A DNA stretch of 64,000 nt from a virus. How positions within the stretch are numbered: position 1 is the stretch's first letter; each line of letters opens with the position of its first letter. Made by a program: the position numbers and the translations under genes. Location of the stretch: IMG/VR virus record IMGVR_UViG_3300045988_132703; one strand, written 5' to 3'. The notes beneath the pieces were generated by a model. It was not told where the DNA came from. It searched no databases and saw nothing but the letters and a program-made list of their open reading frames with translations. Positions 31,343-39,619 of this stretch are shown here, in pieces.

Positions 31343-31852
31343 GTGAAAGAATTTTTAAAAACGGCAATAGCAGTTATTTTGTCAGCTATAATTATTTTTG
31401 GATGCTGTTTTTATACTTATGCTGACAAAGAATTGCCTGGTAAGGAAAAACAAATTACTGTCACGTCAGAATATAATGACAATGTGACTATTAAGAAGTT
31501 GGCTGAGCAATATCGAGGAGCATGGCAAGAGGGAACAGATTTTTCTCCTATCGCGCGGCGAATGGATTTAAAATTCGAAGGCAAAATTCAGGCTGACCAA
31601 ATTTCTGTCTCTGAAGATGGACGATTGATTGCTTCTACCAAAGATTTTTATTGGGACTATGGTAAAATCCCTGGATTTTATGCTATCTGTAATACCGAAA
31701 GTGATCCTTCTCCCTATGGCGCAAAGATTGTAATTTATCTCAATAGCACTAATCAAAAAAAGTTCAGTACAGGGCAGACTATTAAATTTAAAGCTGACTT
31801 TTGGAGGATGGATGGACGTACAATGGTTTTAACGAATGGAGTACTTGAATAA
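31343..31852 (+). CDS. membrane-anchored or secreted protein
   Basis: GTG start; N-terminal hydrophobic segment AIAVILSAIIIFGCCFY. Confidence 0.55.
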   Translation: MKEFLKTAIAVILSAIIIFGCCFYTYADKELPGKEKQITVTSEYNDNVTIKKLAEQYRGAWQEGTDFSPIARRMDLKFEGKIQADQISVSEDGRLIASTKDFYWDYGKIPGFYAICNTESDPSPYGAKIVIYLNSTNQKKFSTGQTIKFKADFWRMDGRTMVLTNGVLE

Positions 31853-32481
31853 TGCTTTTGCTTTTGATTGTCCACATTATAATTTTTATTATAATGGGTT
31901 TTATTTCTTCTTTGTGCGGCGTAACATATGACGAAGATGAACTTATAGGTATGATATGTCCTTTTATTGGAATTGCAACAACTATTTATGCTATTCAAAC
32001 AGCAATAGAAAAGAAATTAGATAAATATGATTTGATTGATGTTGATTTTAAAGATGTAAATGATAATATTATTCGAGAAGATGACAGGTCGATTCATATA
32101 GACCATAAAGTATGCTTGTCTTACAAACAGTTTGTCGATTTTTATTCTATTAATCCAGCGCGTTGGAACATTGTCAAGCAAACATATCCTGAAAGGCGCT
32201 ATTTGAGATTTAAAGACGGCGAAACTTGGTACTGGGTTTATTTTAAAACTGCTAAGGAATATAGAGCCGCAGTAAAATATTATTATATGCGAGAAGAAGT
32301 AAGAAATGGTCCTCGCGCAGTTAATTATAACCCGCAAGAAAAAGAAAAACTCGACAAAGATACGGCTGCTTTACTTCGTTGTGTTCAAGCTGACATCAAT
32401 AAAATTAAATTCCAAGCAGAATCTGAGATCAATGAAGCTACCGATGGTATCAAAAAAATTTCAGAACGTCTAAATAATTAA
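31852..32481 (+). CDS. membrane protein
   Basis: Two N-terminal hydrophobic helices; TAATG overlap. Confidence 0.55.
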   Translation: MLLLLIVHIIIFIIMGFISSLCGVTYDEDELIGMICPFIGIATTIYAIQTAIEKKLDKYDLIDVDFKDVNDNIIREDDRSIHIDHKVCLSYKQFVDFYSINPARWNIVKQTYPERRYLRFKDGETWYWVYFKTAKEYRAAVKYYYMREEVRNGPRAVNYNPQEKEKLDKDTAALLRCVQADINKIKFQAESEINEATDGIKKISERLNN

Positions 32482-32488
32482 TTTTAAG

Positions 32489-32519
32489 TCAATAGGTATC
32501 TAGCCTATTGACTTTTTTA
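32489..32519 (+). terminator. terminator overlapping -35
   Basis: TCAATAGG-tatctag-CCTATTGA then CTTTTTT. Confidence 0.55.
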
Positions 32520-32536
32520 TTTATATATGGTATAAT
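32508..32536 (+). promoter_or_regulatory. early cassette promoter
   Basis: TTGACT-17-TATAAT, TGg extension; -35 overlaps the terminator stem. Confidence 0.7.
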
Positions 32537-32569
32537 ATTTATAGAAAATGAGAAAGGAAGAATGATGAG

Positions 32570-33394
32570 ATGATAATGAAAGAACTTGCTACTTTTGATG
32601 AAAAAGTTTTTAATCAGATGATGCGCCATGTCAAGTTTGCAGAATCAAAAGGTTATGATGTTATTTTGGCGTCAGTTTATGGTTCTCAGAATTATGCTCT
32701 TGAGACTAAGGAATCTGATGTTGATTCTTATTTGATTGTCATGCCTTCTCTTGAAGATTTAGCTTTGAATCGTAAACCTATTTCAAAAGAATTGATGTAC
32801 GTTGACGAAAAGGGTGTTCCTAATGATGAACACGTTGTTATCAAAGATTTTCGCGTTTTCGTTGAAGCATTGATGAATGCAGATTTTCATGCTCTTGAAG
32901 TTGTAAGTTCTAAATATACTACTACCATTCGTTGGACTGATTTAGATGAAAAAGTAAATCCTTTCGAGGATATGGATTGTTTTACTGCCGTCTTACCTAA
33001 ATTTTATTGGCGCGTAGTGAATTGTTTTGAGAGCGCGCTTAAGAGTAGAAAGTTGGAATGTTTAGATTGGAATAAGAAAGGCGACCGCAAAACTTTGGTT
33101 GATATTGTTTTGCATTATTTCGTTTTTCTTCATGCTTTTGAGCGCGATAAATATCCTTATTCGACTTATTCTAAAAATTTGCGTGACACTCTTCTTGAGA
33201 TTAAAAATGGTTCAATGTCTAAAGAAGATGCTCTTGCGATGTTTGATTTGAATACCATGCTCTACAATGTGCGCGACCGCTGGGAACATGACCAGCCCGC
33301 AGATAAAGGAAAAACTGAAAACCAGCTTCATAAAGAGTTAAATCAAATGTTAATTGAACAATTTGAAGTTAAATTTGAGGAGCAATGTTTATGA
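32570..33394 (+). CDS. Pol-beta-superfamily nucleotidyltransferase (RNA-repair-associated Nuc-transf/RlaP-like, tentative)
   Basis: VYGSQNYALETKESDVDSYLIV = G[SG]-x(n)-D.D nucleotidyltransferase signature near the N-terminus; about 270 aa. Confidence 0.6.
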   Translation: MIMKELATFDEKVFNQMMRHVKFAESKGYDVILASVYGSQNYALETKESDVDSYLIVMPSLEDLALNRKPISKELMYVDEKGVPNDEHVVIKDFRVFVEALMNADFHALEVVSSKYTTTIRWTDLDEKVNPFEDMDCFTAVLPKFYWRVVNCFESALKSRKLECLDWNKKGDRKTLVDIVLHYFVFLHAFERDKYPYSTYSKNLRDTLLEIKNGSMSKEDALAMFDLNTMLYNVRDRWEHDQPADKGKTENQLHKELNQMLIEQFEVKFEEQCL

Positions 33395-33771
33395 ATCATC
33401 CTCGTACTCGTGCAGAACGTCGAATCGCGAAGAAAAAAGAGTTCAATAGAAAGTATTTTTTGAGCCAGAATGCTGACTATCCAGCACCTTATTTTTTAAC
33501 TTATGCTCGGAACAAAGGGCGGCGTCGGACTTTACATACTAAACTTCCTGTTGATTATGATTTTAAAGTACCTGGAGAATATAGAAATTATCATTCTTGG
33601 CGCGGAAAGTACAGAGTTGAAAAAATTTATTTTCGTCAGCTTGGTCATGCTAGTCGTTATCATTATTTCAAGAGGAAAGCAAATCAAGCCGTACGTAGGA
33701 ACAAGAATTTTTCGACTCGGAAAAGTAATGATTATCGTAGAGTTTATGAATATGCTTGGATGGTGGATTAA
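33385..33771 (+). CDS. highly basic protein
   Basis: Track ORF; R/K/Y-rich throughout. Confidence 0.5.
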   Translation: MFMNHPRTRAERRIAKKKEFNRKYFLSQNADYPAPYFLTYARNKGRRRTLHTKLPVDYDFKVPGEYRNYHSWRGKYRVEKIYFRQLGHASRYHYFKRKANQAVRRNKNFSTRKSNDYRRVYEYAWMVD

Positions 33772-34067
33772 TGGATAATTATATTGTAAGTGTTTCACTT
33801 CCCGCTGCGCCGGCAATGACTCCTCAAGGACCGATTTTGCCAACTGACAGCTTGGTAACTTTCTTTTGTTCTTGCGGCGGGCGCATTGATTTTAATGATA
33901 TGAATATTGCTAGTGAAGCAATTAATGAGGATAGGGTCATTTGTCCGCAATGTCACCAAAAGCATAAAAGAAAAGATTATATGTGGCTATTTGGCGGAAA
34001 AGGGCAAATCATCGCTTTGCCGCAATCAATGTATAAAGAGGTAGAAAATGAAAATGAAGAAGGATAA
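33771..34067 (+). CDS. zinc-ribbon protein
   Basis: CSCGG...CPQC; TAATG overlap. Confidence 0.5.
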   Translation: MDNYIVSVSLPAAPAMTPQGPILPTDSLVTFFCSCGGRIDFNDMNIASEAINEDRVICPQCHQKHKRKDYMWLFGGKGQIIALPQSMYKEVENENEEG

Positions 34068-34245
34068 TAATCTTCAGTTGACTCCTGATGGAGAAAGATT
34101 TAAAAATTATTTGCAAGATATGTTGAACGGTGAACAGTATAGAGTAGCCCTTTTTGAAGAAAATATTAAAGAGTTGGGCGACAAAATGGGACTTGAGCGT
34201 ATGGATATGATTAAGGCTTTTCTGGTAGTAATGGAGGAACTTTAA
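34048..34245 (+). CDS. hypothetical protein
   Basis: Track ORF. Confidence 0.5.
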   Translation: MKMKKDNNLQLTPDGERFKNYLQDMLNGEQYRVALFEENIKELGDKMGLERMDMIKAFLVVMEEL

Positions 34246-34634
34246 TGGCTTATTTGATTTTGTTTTCGATGCTGTTTCTTCATTTGATTGCTGATTATAA
34301 CCTTCAAGGCATTCTCGCGCAATTCAAGCAAAAGGAATGGTGGAAGAAAAATTATCCTCAGCCAAAATATAAACACGACTGGATAATTGCCCTTATTGAA
34401 CACTCTTTTATGTGGAGTTTTTTAGTTTACCTACCTGTGTTTGCGTATATGGGTATGACTAGCGATTGGGAAACAGCTAGTTATTTATTCATTTATTGCA
34501 TTATATTAAATACTGGAATTCATGCGGTGGTAGACAATGAGAAAGCCAATGATGGAAGTCTTAGTTTGTTTGGTGACCAGTTTTTACATTTTGTGCAGAT
34601 TTTTGCAACTTGGCTATGCCTTTTGATTAAATGA
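34245..34634 (+). CDS. DUF3307-like membrane protein
   Basis: FLHLIADYNLQG motif and several hydrophobic helices. Confidence 0.55.
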   Translation: MAYLILFSMLFLHLIADYNLQGILAQFKQKEWWKKNYPQPKYKHDWIIALIEHSFMWSFLVYLPVFAYMGMTSDWETASYLFIYCIILNTGIHAVVDNEKANDGSLSLFGDQFLHFVQIFATWLCLLIK

Positions 34635-34663
34635 TTTACTTTTCTCCAATCTTATGCTATAAT
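34635..34663 (+). promoter_or_regulatory. early cassette promoter (variant -35 TTTACT)
   Basis: TTTACT-17-TATAAT, TGc extension. Confidence 0.6.
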
Positions 34664-34674
34664 TATTATAGAAA

Positions 34675-34995
34675 ATGAGGAAAGGAAATGAGATTATGAG
34701 TGAAAAGAATTATGAGACTAAATGGCATACTGTTCGTGAATCTTATCTTCGAATGCTTATTGGTAAAGCTATGAAATACGACATTCTTATGGATGAAGAT
34801 TCTAAAATTGAAATCAATAGCGAAGATTTCTATGGTGAAATTTATCGAGGTCTAACTGGTGAGGAACTCACTATTCCCAATGATCAAGCTCACTTTATCA
34901 AGCGCGTAAATTCCGTCAACAGCGAAATCATCAAGCAGACTGATGAGACTCTTGAAAAACTTGATCTTGCCGTTAAGAAACATGGATTTGAATAA
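34675..34995 (+). CDS. hypothetical protein
   Basis: Track ORF directly after cassette promoter 34635. Confidence 0.55.
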   Translation: MRKGNEIMSEKNYETKWHTVRESYLRMLIGKAMKYDILMDEDSKIEINSEDFYGEIYRGLTGEELTIPNDQAHFIKRVNSVNSEIIKQTDETLEKLDLAVKKHGFE

Positions 34996-35024
34996 TTGAC
35001 TTTTCTTCAAATCTATGCTATAAT
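34996..35024 (+). promoter_or_regulatory. early cassette promoter (tRNA/HNH unit)
   Basis: TTGACT-17-TATAAT, TGc extension. Confidence 0.7.
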
Positions 35025-35031
35025 ATTTATA

Positions 35032-35506
35032 GAAAGTTAAGGAAAGATTACTTAATTTTTACGACAGTTTTGTTGGCAGACACTTCACTGAGTAAAAATG
35101 TGAGCTGCTAGGTTTACGAGAGGGGTCACAGGCTACCAGAAATGGAGCTGAACCGAGCCAAACCTCCTAACGCAGAAGTTGCGTTCATAAATTACTTGCA
35201 ATCTTAGCTTAAAGTGACAGGGCGCTAAAAGATTGTTTTGCCACTCTTAATTGAGTGGTAAGGTTCACTATAATTGATACCTCCACGCGGTGTGAACTGG
35301 ACAATCTGATGAACTTGGAAGTCAGATTGACGAAAATCAATAGACATGAAAGACGAAATGAATACAAGCTCTCTTTCGTCGGTTAAATTGCACCAGCTTC
35401 GATGGTAGAATGAATTAACGTTCTGATAATTGTCGGCGCAATGCGCATCTACGGCACGGGTAAAGACGTCCCCTGCAAAAGCAATTAGACCATGTCGTTT
35501 TATTAT
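35032..35506 (+). ncRNA. promoter-driven non-coding region upstream of tRNA-Glu-like gene
   Basis: Starts at cassette promoter 34996-35024; no + strand ORF; only a - strand ORF (35225-35632) that overlaps the tRNA-like gene. Confidence 0.3.
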
Positions 35507-35583
35507 GACCCCTTCGTCTAAAGGTGAGGATAGGAGATTTTCAATCTCCCGATGCATTGGGTTCAAGTCCCGCAGGGGGGCCA
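35507..35583 (+). tRNA. tRNA-Glu (TTC)-like, irregular acceptor end
   Basis: GACCCCTTCGTCTAAAGG.. resembles bacterial tRNA-Glu 5' half; anticodon arm GGAGA-TTTTCAA-TCTCC; T loop TTCAAGT; only 5 of 7 acceptor pairs. Confidence 0.5.
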
Positions 35584-35606
35584 CCACTTTTAATTGAGGA
35601 TAACTT

Positions 35607-36344
35607 ATGGATTCTTTGGTAGATAAATACACTTAGCAAGAGTTAGAATAGATAGTTTAGCTATCTACATCTTATAAAGATTTAGCTCAAAAGTTAGGTT
35701 ATACTGCATTTTCCAGTGATTTAAAATATTTTTTAGAAAATAAATTTTCTGATTTTGATACTTCGCATTTTCAAACAAGAGTTTCAAAAGAAAAGCGGGT
35801 AGAAAGAACAGAGGAAAATGTTTTTATAGAAGATTCTACAGCTTCTCAGCAAACTTTAAGAAGATGGTATCGAAAAGGTAATTATACTCCTTATTAGTGT
35901 TCTATTTGCCATCTTGAACCAATCTGGCAAGGTAAGCCATTGACTTTAATCCTTGACCATATTAATGGCATCAATAATGACGACAGATTAGAAAATCTTC
36001 GATGGGTTTGCCCAAATTGTAACCAATAGCTTGAAACAACTAATGGTAAGAATCGAAAAAATTATTCTAAAAAATATTATTGCATTGATTGTGGAAAAGA
36101 ACTTTCTGGGGATTTCCAAAGATGTAAAAGTTGCGCTGGGAAAATTAGAATTGTTCCTGTTACAGAAATGAGTGTTTCAAGAGATGAATTGAAATCTTTA
36201 ATCCGAAATAAAACTTTTGTTGAGATAGGAAAAGATTTTGGAGTTTCCGATAATGCTGTTCGAAAATGGTGTGATAAGTTAAATTTGCCAAGAACCAAAT
36301 CTTTAATTAAAACCTATTCTGATGAAGAATGGGATAAGCTATGA
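35607..36344 (+). CDS. HNH homing endonuclease with Zn-ribbon and HTH tail
   Basis: LDHINGINNDDRLENLRWVCPNCN; GAGGA then ATG 35607; 5 in-frame TAG (35634, 35649, 35658, 35895, 36027); no standard-code ORF in the track. Confidence 0.75.
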
Positions 36345-36358
36345 AAGTAGCTTTATTT

Positions 36359-36435
36359 ACTCCGATAGTTTAATTGGTGAAAATTTTCGACTGATAATCG
36401 AAAGAGTGCCTGTTCGATTCAGGCTCGGAGTACCA
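36359..36435 (+). tRNA. tRNA-Ile (GAT)
   Basis: Acceptor ACTCCGA/TCGGAGT; anticodon arm TTCGA-CTGATAA-TCGAA; T arm GCCTG-TTCGATT-CAGGC; CCA. Confidence 0.8.
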
Positions 36436-36568
36436 GTTGCGTGACAGTCGTAGAACTCCTATCGGCTGTCTAAAGAACTAGGGTAAGGCTTATGAGTGGA
36501 GTTCGCTCATAAGACGCGCGAGAAAACGTTGCCCAGAGTTTTGCTTCAAAGTCACTCGCGCATTATAG
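36436..36568 (+). ncRNA. structured spacer between tRNA-Ile and the class II tRNA
   Basis: Stems GACAG/CTGTC, CTTATGAG/CTCATAAG, GCGCGAG/CTCGCGC. Confidence 0.3.
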
Positions 36569-36660
36569 CGGCCACTGGAAGAAGCGGTTAAATTCGCCTG
36601 GCCCTCAACCAGGAGTTCTCGTAAGAGATATTGCCAGTTCAAATCTGGCGTGGTCGACCA
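36569..36660 (+). tRNA. class II tRNA with non-canonical anticodon loop CCCTCAA (CTC by numbering; Leu-CAA if the U-turn is shifted)
   Basis: Acceptor CGGCCAC/GTGGTCG, A73, CCA; 3-bp D stem; anticodon stem CCTGG/CCAGG; variable arm TCTC-GTAA-GAGA; T arm GCCAG-TTCAAAT-CTGGC. Confidence 0.6.
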
Positions 36661-36842
36661 AAGTATTGATACCTTCAAGCCTCAAGAAACAGTTTAATAG
36701 AATACTAGTTGCCTATTGAATTAAAGTATTGAGAAACTATAAATCAAAAGATATGTTGTGGAACGGGAATGATACTAACCGGAAAGCGTAAATCGTATTA
36801 GAGAAAAATGGTCTGGAACTCTTTAAATTATCGGACTACCGT

Positions 36843-36928
36843 GCCGGAGTCGTATAGTGGTCGATTACAACGGTTTTGTAAGCCGTCAGCATATGCTCGC
36901 GGGAGTCCGAATCTCCCCTCCGGCTCCA
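36843..36928 (+). tRNA. tRNA-Thr (TGT) with 14-nt variable arm
   Basis: Acceptor GCCGGAG/CTCCGGC; anticodon arm ACGGT-TTTGTAA-GCCGT; variable CAGCATATGCTCGC; T arm GGGAG-TCCGAAT-CTCCC; CCA. Confidence 0.6.
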
Positions 36929-36932
36929 TTAT

Positions 36933-37007
36933 GCGTTTGTAGTTCAATGGAAGAATCGCAGACTCTTAATCTGTCAGATGCAGGTTCAAGTCCTGTCAAA
37001 CGCACCA
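36933..37007 (+). tRNA. tRNA-Lys (CTT)
   Basis: Acceptor GCGTTTG/CAAACGC; anticodon arm GCAGA-CTCTTAA-TCTGT; T arm GCAGG-TTCAAGT-CCTGT; CCA. Confidence 0.8.
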
Positions 37008-37135
37008 TTTAAAGACCATCACAGCATCTGAAATTGGCTTATAACCCGTTGATTCCAGTTCGAATCTGGTGGTTCTATCTTAAAAAGAGGAACTTAGCTC
37101 AATGGTAGAGCAGCGTATTGTTGGTCTTGTTTTAT

Positions 37136-37212
37136 GCGCTCATGGCTCAATTGGAAAGAGTACTCGGCTACGAACCGAGAGATTAAGAGTTCAAGTCTCT
37201 TTGAGCGTACCA
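37136..37212 (+). tRNA. tRNA-Arg (ACG)
   Basis: Acceptor GCGCTCA/TGAGCGT; anticodon arm CTCGG-CTACGAA-CCGAG; T arm AAGAG-TTCAAGT-CTCTT; CCA. Confidence 0.85.
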
Positions 37213-37286
37213 CTTGTAATTTCTACGAATCTTATACAAATCTCCTTGTCGTTCGCGGCTCGACGCTAATAAAGCCGCACTCCTAT

Positions 37287-37363
37287 GCGGCTGTAATTCA
37301 GTTGGATAGAATATCGGACTTCTAATCCGAAAGTCAAGAGTTTGAGTCTCTTCAGCCGCCCCA
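37287..37363 (+). tRNA. tRNA-Arg (TCT)
   Basis: Acceptor GCGGCTG/CAGCCGC; anticodon arm TCGGA-CTTCTAA-TCCGA; T arm AAGAG-TTTGAGT-CTCTT; CCA. Confidence 0.85.
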
Positions 37364-37427
37364 ATAGGGGAGCATTGATTCGCGATCAATGAGATTAAGG
37401 TACTCCTAATACCGGCCTTATATTTTA
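37361..37427 (+). repeat. conserved structured leader upstream of GIY-YIG gene, copy 2
   Basis: Same about 64-nt sequence as 27964-28027 with loop differences; begins at the CCA of tRNA-Arg(TCT). Confidence 0.7.
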
Positions 37428-37450
37428 TTTATCATTTAGGAGTGATAGAT

Positions 37451-38296
37451 ATGCCTATTTGTGGTATTTATAAAATTACTAATTAGATCAATGGGAAATG
37501 TTATATTGGACAAAGTATAAACATTAAACAAAGATGGAGAGCGCATAAAACAAAAGCCTTTAGTCCCTCTAATTCATAGTATGAATGTCCTTTATATAGA
37601 GCCATTCGAAAATATGGCTTAGAGAATTTTTCTTTTGAGGTTTTAGAAGAATGCCCAGCAGAAGAATTGAATCAAAAAGAATAGCAGAATGTTTCTTTCT
37701 TTTAGTCTAATAATCCATCTTTTGGTTATAACTTAACTCCAGGCGGCGATGCCTAGGGAGATAAATGTAGAAAATTAACTGAATTACAAGTTAAAGAAGT
37801 TCAAGATTTGCTACTTTTTAGTTTATTATCTCAAGAAGAAATAAGTAAAAAATTTGGAGTTACTCAAAGAACTATCAGTTCAATAAATACTGGAGAATGT
37901 TATTTTGATCCAAAAATAAATTACCCAATCCGTTCTCACCAAGAAGGAGCGAGAGTCTCCTTTTTGAAAAAGGGACAAGAAATTTCTCCAGACAATTATA
38001 TAACAAAATTATCTGATTCTTTATTTAAAAAATGTGAATATTGTGGTAAAAATATTTAGCATTCTGACAATAAACGCTTTTGTAGTTAGAAGTGCGCACA
38101 AATGGCAAGTCGAATTGTAGAAAGACCAAGTAGAGAAATTTTAAAAAGTGAAATTCGAGAGTAGCCTTTTACGTCTTTAGGTAAAAAATATAGTGTCTCA
38201 GATAATGCAGTTAGGCGCTGGTGTAAAACTTATAATTTACCATTTAAAAAATCAGAAATTAAATCCTATTCAGATGAGCAATGGGATAAAATATAA
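37451..38296 (+). CDS. GIY-YIG homing endonuclease with Zn-ribbon and HTH tail
   Basis: CGIYKITN[TAG]INGKCYIGQS..RWRAHK, GYNLTPGG; 8 in-frame TAG; track ORF 37808-38059 is an internal piece; TAA 38294. Confidence 0.75.
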
Positions 38297-38332
38297 ATTC
38301 TAAGTTTCTGGCTTTGATAAAGCCAGATTTTA

Positions 38333-38408
38333 TGCGCGGATAGTTCAATTGGATAGAACACGTTCCTCCTAAGAATGAAATGTGGTTTCAAGTACCGCTC
38401 GGCGTACC
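38333..38408 (+). tRNA. tRNA-Arg (CCT)
   Basis: Acceptor GCGCGGA/TCGGCGT (one G/G mismatch); anticodon arm CGTTC-CTCCTAA-GAATG; T arm GTGGT-TTCAAGT-ACCGC; CCA. Confidence 0.7.
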
Positions 38409-38447
38409 ACGATTAACTAATAAGTGTCTCCTTTCTTTTCTCATCTT

Positions 38448-38479
38448 GGAGCCTAGTCTGTAATGGACTAGGCTCTTTT
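38448..38479 (+). terminator. terminator fused to cassette promoter
   Basis: GAGCCTAGTC-tgtaatg-GACTAGGCTC then TTTTC. Confidence 0.7.
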
Positions 38480-38482
38480 CTA

Positions 38483-38511
38483 TTGACTTATGCGAAAAGA
38501 TATGATATAAT
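38483..38511 (+). promoter_or_regulatory. early cassette promoter
   Basis: TTGACT-17-TATAAT, TGa extension. Confidence 0.7.
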
Positions 38512-38540
38512 ATTTATAGTAAATGAAAAGGAGAAATAAA

Positions 38541-38795
38541 ATGACCATTCGAGAATTTGTTGAAAAATGCTCAGTTGTCACTGAGATTGGCATTACCAAC
38601 TGCGGCGATAAAGATGCCATTTATCCCTACGAAATTGAAGACTTTGATGCTATTGGTTTCAATAGACAAATTCTTGAGGGTAAGCGCGGAAAGTATGTTT
38701 GTGATAATGGTATCTTGGATAAAGAAGTTTGTGCTTTTCGAGATACAATGGATTTGAACGATCCATTTCGCGGTATTATTGTTTTTTATAAATAA
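38541..38795 (+). CDS. hypothetical protein
   Basis: ATG 38541 after AAAGGAGAAATAAA. Confidence 0.55.
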   Translation: MTIREFVEKCSVVTEIGITNCGDKDAIYPYEIEDFDAIGFNRQILEGKRGKYVCDNGILDKEVCAFRDTMDLNDPFRGIIVFYK

Positions 38796-38801
38796 GAAAG
38801 G

Positions 38802-39137
38802 ATGAAGATAATGAAACCTATTAAATGGAGTGGTGATAATTTTCTTGAAGCTTTTGATAGCGGCTATAAATTTTCAGAATTTGAGCTATCTGAGCTTGCT
38901 TATGAAAATAGTATTGAAACTACCTATGGAGAGAATGAACGTTGGGTTCGACCCGTAACAACGATTATAGAATTTAATGGTCGTTATTTTCAAATTGATT
39001 GGTGTGAAGGATTGACAGAAATACAGCCTAATGAATTTTTTGACTAGCCGTTTGAAGTAAAAAAGGAATCGCATGAAGAGACTATTACTGTTACTGTAAC
39101 TAATTGGATTCCTCTGGAGAAGGATAAAAATAATTAA
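38802..39137 (+). CDS. hypothetical protein (TAG read-through extension)
   Basis: Track ORF ends at TAG 39045; frame stays open for 29 more codons (PFEVKKESHEETITVTVTNWIPLEKDKNN) to TAA 39135. Confidence 0.5.
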
Positions 39138-39161
39138 GCCCGTTTATAACTTTAAAGCTAA

Positions 39162-39190
39162 TTGACTTTTGAACGAAATTATGCTATAAT
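39162..39190 (+). promoter_or_regulatory. early cassette promoter
   Basis: TTGACT-17-TATAAT, TGc extension. Confidence 0.7.
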
Positions 39191-39220
39191 TATTATAGAA
39201 AATGAGAAAGGGGATTAGAT

Positions 39221-39619
39221 ATGAGTTTCAAGTTGAGAAAAGCCACTCAGCGAAAGTTCAATGCTGATATGCGTTTTGTCAATCGAGTCATTGAAAATGA
39301 TGATTTGTGGCAAGGGCGTTTTGTAGTCCATCAAAAGAAAGCTGATTGGCATTCTTTCGATGATGGGAGTGGTGGCATACTTTTCACTATTGTTGATTTC
39401 TATGACAAGAAAACTAAGAAGCATACCACTCGTATGTATGAGAAACTTGCGGGCGAGCCTTTTAATTTCTGTGTGAGCAAGTTGCTCCGAGATATGAATA
39501 CTTTTATCGTTGAGGATTTGGATGTTTGGAAAAACGAAAAACCTTACGATGAAAAGCAAGATTGGCGAAATGTCCCTTATGAGAGAGAAGGAGAAGTGAT
39601 TTATCCTTGGCGCGCCTAA
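39221..39619 (+). CDS. hypothetical protein
   Basis: Track ORF after cassette promoter 39162. Confidence 0.6.
   Translation: MSFKLRKATQRKFNADMRFVNRVIENDDLWQGRFVVHQKKADWHSFDDGSGGILFTIVDFYDKKTKKHTTRMYEKLAGEPFNFCVSKLLRDMNTFIVEDLDVWKNEKPYDEKQDWRNVPYEREGEVIYPWRA

Noticed and set aside
35032-35590. Possible tmRNA: the 3' end ...GGGTTCAAGTCCCGCAGGGGGGCCACCA resembles a tmRNA/tRNA-Ala-like terminus
   Set aside because: I could not find a complementary 5' acceptor strand (GGCCCCC-type) at the start of the region, or a plausible tag reading frame. The tRNA-Glu-like fold explains the 3' part better. An Rfam or ARAGORN scan should confirm.
35225-35632. 135-aa minus-strand ORF in the tRNA/HNH region
   Set aside because: It is antisense to a region transcribed from a + strand cassette promoter. 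It overlaps the tRNA-Glu-like gene and the HNH start, has no promoter or SD of its own, and has no recognisable motifs. It is kept only as a caveat, because an ORF this long is uncommon in AT-rich DNA.
37012-37130. Two further tRNA-like pieces: 37012-37077 (T arm plus weak TAT anticodon arm, about 66 nt) and 37088-37130 (a tRNA 5' half, GCTCAATGGTAGAGC D arm, with no 3' half)
   Set aside because: Neither folds into a complete cloverleaf. They are too short or truncated to call as genes and are probably decayed tRNA remnants. They are mentioned under the tRNA-island finding only.
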